From a virus, in IMG/VR virus record IMGVR_UViG_3300008110_000009: a DNA stretch of 64,000 nt. One strand, 5' to 3'. Below are positions 1-8,952 of this stretch, in pieces. Below the pieces are notes generated by a model. It had not been told where the DNA came from. It worked only from the letters and a program-made list of their open reading frames with translations, and did no database searches. The number at the start of each line of letters is the position of its first letter. Positions within the stretch are counted from its first letter, which is position 1. The position numbers and the translations under genes were made by a program.

Positions 1-2091
1 TTAGTTGTTTTGTGTTCGTCCAAATACCACCACTATTTCTAACCAATAAATCTCCTTGTGATATGTTTGTGTAAGCAACATCATGGGCTTCATTAAGTTC
101 TATACCATTATCAATACGAACATATATAGAACCGTTATTTTGATTTACTCTTAAAACTTCACCAAGTCTAACACCATGTAAGGGCGCCACAGGTGATGTA
201 TTAATAAATGAACCCGTAGACCCCAAGAAAATAAGATCACCGGCAGTCATTCCTAATGTGTTAACACCAAGTAAAACACCTTCAGTAATTACCAAACCAT
301 TAGACCCATTTGCAATGTTTTCTGTTGCAATACCTAATGTATTTGCTGAGTTATTATCGTTCTCATATGATGCTGTCGCAATTAAAGGGTTATCACCAAC
401 AGCACCAACAATTCTAACAACTTGACCCTTGTTAATTTGGTAACCTGAGTTATTTTGACAATATACGTCGGTTTGCGTTGTTCTTAACGCATAAGATGCT
501 GTTGGGACTTGTTGTGAACTACTATACGCTTCTAATACATCAAGTCGTGAATCTAATGATCCTGATACTGTTGTATATGATGATGTAAATGTGTTAAAAT
601 CACTTCTAATACTTCCACTTGCAGTTTCTAATGAAGTTAATCTACCATTTGCAGAAGAAGTATGTGAATTTAGACTAGCTGTTGTACTTTCTATCACACC
701 AAGTCTTGTATTGGTACTTGAAGTGTATGTGTTTAAGATTCTAAATAATTAAGTCTAGTATCAGTGCTGCTTGTAAATATATTCAAACTTGCAGTTGTAG
801 ATTCGATCGCACTAATTTTATTAGTTTGATTTAAATCAGTTGTTGCTAATGAAGAACTAAACGTATTATAGTTGGTTGTTTGAACGATATCAATTTGTCC
901 GCTACCGGATATAACCCCATCAGTATTTAACTTATTCTTAATAGTTGTATCAATCGAAGATGTAAAACTATTTAAAGAAGATGTTGAGGTCTCAATTATG
1001 TTTAATCTATTATTAATTGATGATGTTGTGTTTTCAATAACACCTAATCTCGTATTAGTTGACGATGTATATGTATTTAATGATCCTGTTGTAGATTCTA
1101 ACGCATCTAATCTATTATTTTGAGTTGAATTTGTTGAATCGTTTGAACTTGTGTAAGTATTAAAATCAGAACGGATTGACCCGCTTGATGTTTCCAAATA
1201 TGTTAGTCTATCTTTGACACTACTACTAAAAACATTTAAAGAACTTGTAGTTATTTCGATGCTTGCAAATTTAGATAATGCACTGCTACTAAATGTATTT
1301 AAACTAGCTGTTGACGTTTCAATTAACCCAATTTTAGTTTCTTGAGAAAGGCTTATTGTTGCAAGTGATGAACTAAATGTCGAATATCCGGTTGTTCCTG
1401 TAATATCAACTTGAATTGATCCTGAAATTACACCATCATTATCTAGTTTATTCTTAATTGTTGTATTAATAGAACTAGTGAAAACATTTAAACTTCCTGA
1501 TGAAACCTCTAAAGCGGATACTCTACTATTGTTGCTTGATGTGTATGAATTTAAAGCTGAGGTATACGAATTTAAAGAAGACGTAAATGAATTAATGGAA
1601 CTTGAAAAACTATTTAAACTTCCGCTAGATGTTTCTAAGGAAGATACTCTTGGGTCGTTACTTGCAGTGTATGAATTGAATACGGTTTCGTCTAATTTAC
1701 CGGTACCTATGGCTTGACCATTTAATGATATTGATCCTGTTATATTAACAGAGCCGGTAATATCGTGATTATCATCTAAACTATCACCAAATCTGGTAGA
1801 ACCAGATTGATAAAGTACTGAAGACGAGTAAATTGTCACATCAATTTGTTCTGCAACAATTGTTCCTGTTACTTTTAATGTTCCTGTAATTGATGTGTTT
1901 GAATTGACATTAAATCCGTTTGGTGAAACAGATGCTGTCACTGATCCTGTTGATATTTGGGATAAATTTAACCCAGTTACACCGCTAGCGGAGATTCCAT
2001 ATAATCCGCTACCATCTCCAACAAAAGAACCCGTGAAAACTGAGGCCGTCATTGACCCCGATATGCTTTGTATCGAGCCGTATAATTCCAT
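1..2091 (-). CDS. Tail fibre protein, frameshifted near 734 and running off the left edge
   Basis: ORF 733-2091 has ~21-aa RLxxIExxTxSLNxxTSS repeats and stops at ...NYLES*. The same repeat continues immediately in the -1 frame (LNTYTSSTNTRLGVIES...VYCQNNSGYQINKGQVVRIVGA...), open to base 1. Confidence 0.75.
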
Positions 2092-2102
2092 TAATTTATA
2101 GT

Positions 2103-2882
2103 TTATCTATAAATATTAACAGAAGCGATTAGGGTTGGGATTATTTTATTTTGTAAAATTTCTTCATTAGATAACTCGACACTATAAATAACAACAGCCG
2201 CAACCCTAACATATGCATTTTCTATAGTTAGATTAGAGTTCATAGCGATAGTCATTCTTTGGACATTATTGTAATTAAAACCACCACCAATTGCGCCAGA
2301 AGCTTCTTGTAAACCGTTTACATGTACATATGCATTACTGTTTTGTGTCCATTTATATGAAACTATTCTATATGGGTCATTTGCGGCCTTTATTGATGTT
2401 GTGGGATAAAGCCCCCCAATACCTCCATATGATGATCTATACCAAAGACCATGTTTAGTTTCATCACACGATGCTAGAGTGAAATAATCGCTATAATCGT
2501 TATTTGTGCTGCTACCGTCATTAAAACTCACTAATCTACTACAACCTCCAAAATTACTGTTACCTATACTTGATACCATAATCATTACTGTTCCCGCAGA
2601 ACCAACATCATGCGAAATGCTACCAGCTCTTGTGGCATAATCATTTGATCCACTGAATTGAAACGCACTAGCTCTATTATATACCCCAAATACTGGGCTA
2701 TTAACTAATGTAAAATCATAACCATTACCACTTAAATCATACCAAATATTGCCACTTCCAGGGTATGAATTACCGTTTTGAGCGTCCAAATATAACATCA
2801 TACCTCTTCTAACAATAGAGGTTGAATTATGCAACCCTACTTCTATATTATCCAATATGTTTCCACCTACATCAAACGGCAT
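2103..2882 (-). CDS. LamG/concanavalin A-like domain tail-associated protein (atypical C-terminus)
   Basis: LYLDAQNGNSYPGSGNIWYDLSGNG start and 'YSVELSNEEILQN' end are typical of phage LamG modules; paralog of 2894-3613. Confidence 0.8.
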   Translation of the reverse strand: MPFDVGGNILDNIEVGLHNSTSIVRRGMMLYLDAQNGNSYPGSGNIWYDLSGNGYDFTLVNSPVFGVYNRASAFQFSGSNDYATRAGSISHDVGSAGTVMIMVSSIGNSNFGGCSRLVSFNDGSSTNNDYSDYFTLASCDETKHGLWYRSSYGGIGGLYPTTSIKAANDPYRIVSYKWTQNSNAYVHVNGLQEASGAIGGGFNYNNVQRMTIAMNSNLTIENAYVRVAAVVIYSVELSNEEILQNKIIPTLIASVNIYR

Positions 2883-2893
2883 ATTTTTTCTTT

Positions 2894-3613
2894 TTATCTA
2901 CCAAATCTCACTCTTTGAGCTGCAAAATTTTGAATAACTTGAGCATCAGTAAAAGCTGTATTATAAACTATTGTGTTTGCAATTATTCCAGCAAATCTCC
3001 CGGCCCAACTTCCACCAATAATATCAATTGGGTTGTTATTACCTGATGGTGAACTGCCGGCACTAAGGTCTTTAACACCATTCACATACATATCCATAGT
3101 TGTATTTGACCTATTAACCCATGTAAGATGCTGCCAAAGATTATTATTAACAGTAATGCTTCCTCCAATCAATCTAAACCAACCTCCGCTATATGACCAG
3201 TATGCAATTCTACCCGCATTTACACATAATGATGAATATACAGGCCCCCCGCTTGAGTTACTTAATATTGAACCGGCGCCTAACCCGTCGGCAGATGTCC
3301 CTGTTCTAACCCAAGCCGATATTGTCCAAGGTGTTGGACCATTACCAAGATTAAATGTTGTCATTAATCCATAATCATCAGATCCATCAAAACTTAATTG
3401 TCCTCCAGTTGTGGTGCTATATGTCGGCCCATTATACAATGTTACGGTTCTACCATTTCCACTTAAATCATACCAACTACTTCCGCTTCCGGGGTATGAG
3501 TTAGCAATACCAGCATCCCAATAGTAAACTAATCCAGTTGTGATTAATTCTCTGTCATTAAGCAATTTTACCCCTAATGAATTTAATTCGTTACTATTTA
3601 AATTAATCGGCAT
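2894..3613 (-). CDS. LamG/concanavalin A-like domain tail-associated protein
   Basis: Motifs YWDAG..SYPGSG..WYDLSGNG, WTISAWV, WQHLTW, MYVNG and 'VIQNFAAQRVRFG'. Confidence 0.85.
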   Translation of the reverse strand: MPINLNSNELNSLGVKLLNDRELITTGLVYYWDAGIANSYPGSGSSWYDLSGNGRTVTLYNGPTYSTTTGGQLSFDGSDDYGLMTTFNLGNGPTPWTISAWVRTGTSADGLGAGSILSNSSGGPVYSSLCVNAGRIAYWSYSGGWFRLIGGSITVNNNLWQHLTWVNRSNTTMDMYVNGVKDLSAGSSPSGNNNPIDIIGGSWAGRFAGIIANTIVYNTAFTDAQVIQNFAAQRVRFGR

Positions 3614-3614
3614 A

Positions 3615-3866
3615 TTATAATCTGTTTAATTCATTATTTGTCCATTCATTTGTTGAAAGAATTTCCAAAATTTGAAAATTATTATATTCTGCAGATTTAC
3701 TCATTAAATTACTAACAGATTGTGGCATTGCACCTTCGTATTTTACAAAAGTTTTACTACCGTCAACAGATTTTCTCAATGTTTCTATTGAATCTTCTTT
3801 TACTTCATTAAAATTGATTTTATCTGCTTCAGAAAAATCGAAAATTATATATTTTAAATCTAACAT
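3615..3866 (-). CDS. Small phage protein accompanying fibre/LamG genes (possible adaptor or chaperone)
   Basis: 83 aa, tightly packed between a long fibre gene and the LamG genes; TLRKSVDGSKTFVKY...ILSTNEWT motif. Confidence 0.6.
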   Translation of the reverse strand: MLDLKYIIFDFSEADKINFNEVKEDSIETLRKSVDGSKTFVKYEGAMPQSVSNLMSKSAEYNNFQILEILSTNEWTNNELNRL

Positions 3867-3867
3867 A

Positions 3868-6800
3868 TTATATTTTTTTTGCTGGGGCTATTGATGGATC
3901 AACTTCTTGTAATAAGAACTTAAACACTTTATTTGTTTTATTATTATATATAAATAAATCTTCTTCACCTTCAACAATTGTGTAATCACCAATACCATTT
4001 GACATTGATAAGTCAGATGTAAATACGGTATTCCATCTTGCAGATGAAGAACCTAAATTATACGTTGCGCTGGCTTTTGGTATTATACTTCCATGTACGT
4101 ATAAACCACCTTCTGCCCACATATCAATTCTTCTATCACTCGATCCTGTTCCGGATGACATACCGATAATATTTAATGAGTTTGATACATGATATCCGGC
4201 AGATATTTGTGCTGAGTTTACTTCTTTACCACTATTATTTCCACCAAAAATAATACCACTAGCGCTCATTTTCATATACGATGTTGGTGTGTCAACTTGA
4301 ATTGATTGATGAACCCTTAATTCACCATTATCTCTAATTGTTAAAAGATTTGAAGTGTCTGCTTGGTTATTAAATCTATATCCATATGTTGAATTACCAA
4401 CAAAATAAGAGTTGGCGGTGCCTAAAGAAATAACACCATTAATTGTTAGTGAACCAGTGTCAAACACAGATCCGCTAGCGTCTCTTTTCATGTAAAACAT
4501 TCTGTACCAAGTTGTACCATTATTTACATAAAATTCAAAGTCATGAGGTGATGATCCAGCTGTTTGTATTGCACCATAATCAACACCACCTTTTGCAAAT
4601 CGAATATCATTATCTATAACTGAAGTTGGGCTATCTACTCTTAATGCAAAACCACTACTACCATCATTTCTAAATGTTGCATTACTTGATGAATTTAATG
4701 AATTAGATAATGACAACCCAACAAAAGTTGGACTATTACTTGTCCCTAAGTTTTGGTTAATGGTATATGCGGTTATATTGCCCGCTGTTGTTGCGCTAGT
4801 TGCTGTGCCAGCACTACCAGCGCTATCGGCGTAACCAGCCCAAATTTTATTCCAACTACCCCAAGTTGTTGCCTCTCTTGTTCTATAAGAGATATACCTA
4901 TCAGTTGAATTATATCTTGGTATAGCCATTTGCATAGCATAATCAGCATATGCATAATCATTACCTAAACCTAGAGAAATACCATAAAATTGATTTGATC
5001 CTGTACCTGGTCCATTTGTTGTACCCTGTATGAAATATGGTCCAAATACAGTAACGGAATTAAAATCTGTTGGACTACCGTGATTTCTTCCTCTATTATT
5101 AAAAATTTGATTTATTGTTAATCCCTCTAATCCGCTTGAATTAGAAGCTAAAGTTGCCGTTGCTGCGTTACCTGAAATGTTTGTTTGGTCACCAGTATTT
5201 GTACCACTACTACTACCACTAAAGTTAGTAGCACTAAAGTTACCCCTAACGGTCATGTCACCACTCGTTGCAATTGTAGTTCTATTTGCGGTGTTACCAC
5301 TTGGAACAAATTCAATCATCGAATCTGAGTTCCAAAGATACAATGAACTTGCACCAACAGAATTTGCGGTTGATCTATTTTTTATAATATAACCATCTCC
5401 AGATGCTGTTGTTAATCTTAAGTAAGAGTATTGGGCGTCTGCCTTAGTGTTTGTGATCCATGCGTATGTTTCTGCACTTGATGAATTAGAAACCAAAAGA
5501 GGATTTCCTGCGCCATTCACGGTAACCTTACTAAATGTTGGTGATGACGTTGTTAATACTGCTTGATCTAAATACGTGCCGAATCCTGTTGTTGATGCAA
5601 TTGATATTTGACTTGATCCCGATACTAATCCTGAAGGGACACCTGTTATACTTCCAAAAGATACTTGTGCTGATCCAGATAAAACACCTTCAGCATTTAA
5701 TCTTGTTTTAATTCCACTTGAATAATTCGTGGTAGCTGTTAAGTCAACTTGAACTGATCCCGAAACAATTCCTCCAGGTATACTACTTATACTACCATAT
5801 GTAATTTGTGAAGACCCTGAAACAATTCCTGAAGGTATTCCACTTAATCCACTATATGTTATTTGTGATGAACCAGATACTAATGTTGGTTTGTCTGTGA
5901 TACCATTAAACGATATTTGCCCTGAACCAGATACTACAGATATTCCATTAAAGAATGACCCCGAATGTATTGTTGTTCCATTTAATACTTGAGAAGAACC
6001 TGAAACTGTACCAGCAGGTAAAGCTGATACAACTTGTGCAGAACTTGATAATGCATTCTCAGTATTCAATCTTGTTTTAATTCCACTTACATAGTTTGTT
6101 GTTGAAGTTAAATCAACTTGAACCGATCCTGAAATTATCCCACTTGGTACGCCACTTAATCCAGAATATGTAACTTGTGAACTACCAGAAACAATACCAC
6201 TTGGTATACCGCTAATACTACTATAAGTTATTTGTGATGAACCAGATACAACACCATCTGTATTCATTTTTGATTTAACACCATTTGTAAAATGTGTTGA
6301 TCCAGTGTCTAATGTTAATGTTCTTGTTGAAGCAATTGTTCCGCCACCAGATAAACCATTACCCGCTGTTATTGAAACTGCTGTATGATCTACGTGTTGA
6401 TTTGCATCATAATTTGTTGTTGTGTTATGATTAATTTGTGATGAGCCGGAAACTAACGTTGTTCCAGTTGCACTAAATGTACCATTAACCACCGCATTTG
6501 ATAGTATTGTAACGGTTGTTCCATCATCACTAATATTACTATTAGTTAGGTGTTCAATTCCTGTACTTTTTACTAATCTATTTGCTGTTATATATGATTC
6601 GTTACCTAAATTATTATAGGTCTCAGGCCCCATCAATAAAACAGAAGAAGTAACAGTCCCTTGATTTTGATGAACAAACAACCATTGGTTATTTACTGAA
6701 TCAAAAAGCATTGAGCCAGATACTTGTGGTGATGAACCGCTATCTATAACTGCTAAACCACCAAATCTAATACTTGGATTTTGTGCGTTAACAGTAATAA

Positions 6801-8901
6801 TATTATCACCAATATTAACAACAGATGAACTAATATGTTGTATTGATGATGAACCTCCAATAATTAAGTCTTGAGAAACATATAATGATCCGGTAATTGT
6901 TTGATTACCGATAAAGATATTACTGCCGGTTGTTGCGTAACTACCAGTTTTACCTTCAATTGAATCTAATCTACCGTTCTGAATAGTGTTTGTGCTTAAA
7001 ATACTACCACTAGTTGTTTCTAATGAATCAAGTCTACTATTTTGAGTTGTGTTAACACTTATAATACTACCGGTTGCAGTTTCAATTGAATTTAATCTTG
7101 TGTTTGTTGTACCACTATAAGATGCAAATGAACTTGTTACACTTTCAATTGAAATAAATTTACTATTTGCACTTGTTGTATATGAATTTAAACTACTTGT
7201 TGATGTCTCTAAAGCAGTCAATTTACCACTTGCTGATGATGTAAAAGAATTAATAGAACCAGTTGTAGATTCGATTGTGTTTAATCTAGTATTTGCAGAT
7301 GATGTAAATGTATTAAGAGAACTTGTTGTAGACTCAATAACACCTAGTCTTGTATTTGTACTAGATGTATAAGAGTTTAAACTACTTGTGCTAGTTTCAA
7401 TTGCTGATAATTTTGCAGACGTACTTGAAGTAAAACTATTTAAACTTGATGTTGTGCTTTCAATCACACCCAATCTTGTATTGTTACTTGAGGTATATGT
7501 GTTTAAACTACCTGTTGAACTTTCAATTGAATTTAATCTGCTAATTGCTGATGCGGTGAATGAGTTTAAACTTCCTCCGCTACTTTCTAAATTTCCTAAT
7601 CTACTATTAAGTGATGAACTAAACACTGTTAAATCAATACCTTCAATTGTACCTGTTATGTCTATTGAACCAGATACAACTATGTCGCTTGCAAATACAA
7701 CAGGAGTACCTCCAACTGAAGATTGAATTTTGTTACCATTCAATACCTCAACTGGGCCCTTCAACATGATTTTACCGTTGGTTGGGTCTAATAAGATATC
7801 ACCATCAGCGCTCGATTTTAATTCGATATCCCCGTCTGCAGTTTGAAGAATGATTGAATCTGTTGTACCTTCTAAAATCTTAATTGATTGTCCAGTATCA
7901 GTTGTGATTACCAATTCCTGTGCAGTACTACTAAGAACCTTTGTGTTATCAATATATAATGAACCTGAAGAAATGTAAACATCTCTCCATTGGTATTGTG
8001 GGCTACCTAAATCAAACGCATTATCAATTGTTGGTACAATTGACCCGCTAACGTACTGATCACCTTTAAATGTGTTAGAGCCCGTTACAGCAAATCCATA
8101 AGAAGTAACTTGTACAGAACTTGATACAATGTTTGAGCCATTTAAAATCTGAGAAGACCCTGATATCACGCCATCATTATTAAGTTTATTCTTAATTGTG
8201 GTGTTAATAGAAGAAGTAAAACTATTTAAACTACCTGTACTTGTTTCAATTGCAGATAATTTTACAGATGCACTTGAGGTAAAACTATTTAAACTTCCAG
8301 TTGTATTTTCAATTGAATTTAAACGCAAATCTGCACTAGAAGAAAATGTATTTAAACTTCCAGTTGAAGATTCGATTATTCCTAATCTATTTTCTAAACT
8401 ATTGGTATATGAATTTAAACTTGATGTAAAATTTTTAATTGAGCTTGAAAATGTTCCAAATTCAACTTCATTAACAAAAGTGGTGTCTAAAGATGAACTA
8501 AATGATTCAAGCCCTCCAATTCTTGTGTTAAAAGAGGAACTTTCGCTAATATAAGATGAGGTAAACGAATTGTAAGATGTTGTTAGATTATTAAAATCTG
8601 TATTTGCTACTTTATATGATGATGTATAGGTGTTAAATGTTTCTTCATCTAATTTTCCTGTTCCAATTGCTTGGCCATTCAAAGAAATAGAGCCGCTAAT
8701 ATCTACAGAACCTGTAAATCTGTGAGTATCATCCGAAGAGTTACCAAATCTGGTTGAACCAGATTCATAAATTATTGAAGATGTTGTAATTGATGTGTGA
8801 AGCTCATCAACTGTTAATGTACCTCTAACTCTTAAATCCTGCTCGAAATCGGCAGAACCGGACACAATAAGTCCATTTTTAACTTTAAATTCGTTTGCCA
8901 T
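3868..8901 (-). CDS. Long tail fibre protein (1677 aa)
   Basis: N-terminus MANEFKVKNGL; 21-aa coiled-coil-like repeats; VSGSSQI repeats; LGSxxxxWxxV motifs; C-terminal 'YTIVEGEEDLFIYNNKTNKVFKF' block seen at phage fibre ends. Confidence 0.85.
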   Translation of the reverse strand: MANEFKVKNGLIVSGSADFEQDLRVRGTLTVDELHTSITTSSIIYESGSTRFGNSSDDTHRFTGSVDISGSISLNGQAIGTGKLDEETFNTYTSSYKVANTDFNNLTTSYNSFTSSYISESSSFNTRIGGLESFSSSLDTTFVNEVEFGTFSSSIKNFTSSLNSYTNSLENRLGIIESSTGSLNTFSSSADLRLNSIENTTGSLNSFTSSASVKLSAIETSTGSLNSFTSSINTTIKNKLNNDGVISGSSQILNGSNIVSSSVQVTSYGFAVTGSNTFKGDQYVSGSIVPTIDNAFDLGSPQYQWRDVYISSGSLYIDNTKVLSSTAQELVITTDTGQSIKILEGTTDSIILQTADGDIELKSSADGDILLDPTNGKIMLKGPVEVLNGNKIQSSVGGTPVVFASDIVVSGSIDITGTIEGIDLTVFSSSLNSRLGNLESSGGSLNSFTASAISRLNSIESSTGSLNTYTSSNNTRLGVIESTTSSLNSFTSSTSAKLSAIETSTSSLNSYTSSTNTRLGVIESTTSSLNTFTSSANTRLNTIESTTGSINSFTSSASGKLTALETSTSSLNSYTTSANSKFISIESVTSSFASYSGTTNTRLNSIETATGSIISVNTTQNSRLDSLETTSGSILSTNTIQNGRLDSIEGKTGSYATTGSNIFIGNQTITGSLYVSQDLIIGGSSSIQHISSSVVNIGDNIITVNAQNPSIRFGGLAVIDSGSSPQVSGSMLFDSVNNQWLFVHQNQGTVTSSVLLMGPETYNNLGNESYITANRLVKSTGIEHLTNSNISDDGTTVTILSNAVVNGTFSATGTTLVSGSSQINHNTTTNYDANQHVDHTAVSITAGNGLSGGGTIASTRTLTLDTGSTHFTNGVKSKMNTDGVVSGSSQITYSSISGIPSGIVSGSSQVTYSGLSGVPSGIISGSVQVDLTSTTNYVSGIKTRLNTENALSSSAQVVSALPAGTVSGSSQVLNGTTIHSGSFFNGISVVSGSGQISFNGITDKPTLVSGSSQITYSGLSGIPSGIVSGSSQITYGSISSIPGGIVSGSVQVDLTATTNYSSGIKTRLNAEGVLSGSAQVSFGSITGVPSGLVSGSSQISIASTTGFGTYLDQAVLTTSSPTFSKVTVNGAGNPLLVSNSSSAETYAWITNTKADAQYSYLRLTTASGDGYIIKNRSTANSVGASSLYLWNSDSMIEFVPSGNTANRTTIATSGDMTVRGNFSATNFSGSSSGTNTGDQTNISGNAATATLASNSSGLEGLTINQIFNNRGRNHGSPTDFNSVTVFGPYFIQGTTNGPGTGSNQFYGISLGLGNDYAYADYAMQMAIPRYNSTDRYISYRTREATTWGSWNKIWAGYADSAGSAGTATSATTAGNITAYTINQNLGTSNSPTFVGLSLSNSLNSSSNATFRNDGSSGFALRVDSPTSVIDNDIRFAKGGVDYGAIQTAGSSPHDFEFYVNNGTTWYRMFYMKRDASGSVFDTGSLTINGVISLGTANSYFVGNSTYGYRFNNQADTSNLLTIRDNGELRVHQSIQVDTPTSYMKMSASGIIFGGNNSGKEVNSAQISAGYHVSNSLNIIGMSSGTGSSDRRIDMWAEGGLYVHGSIIPKASATYNLGSSSARWNTVFTSDLSMSNGIGDYTIVEGEEDLFIYNNKTNKVFKFLLQEVDPSIAPAKKI
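5600..6270 (-). repeat. Intragenic ~18-aa repeats (SGIVSGSSQITYSxxSGIP)
   Basis: Repeated VSGSSQ(I/V) units in the translation; matching 'tgatgaaccagatac'-like DNA repeats. Confidence 0.75.
6950..7620 (-). repeat. Intragenic 63-nt / 21-aa tandem repeats (RLxxIExxTxSLNSxTSS)
   Basis: About ten consecutive units in the translation; the same unit recurs at ~8200-8420 and ~540-1660. Confidence 0.8.
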
Positions 8902-8906
8902 ATTAT

Positions 8907-8928
8907 ATTAGTTTCACTGTCCACTAAT
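8907..8928 (-). promoter_or_regulatory. Leader hairpin ATTAGT-GGACAGTGAA-ACTAAT, 5 nt upstream of the fibre start codon
   Basis: Perfect 6-bp stem with a purine-rich 10-nt loop, lying between a TATTTAT motif and the ATG. Confidence 0.5.
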
Positions 8929-8952
8929 GTGTTACTAATAAATACTCAGAAT

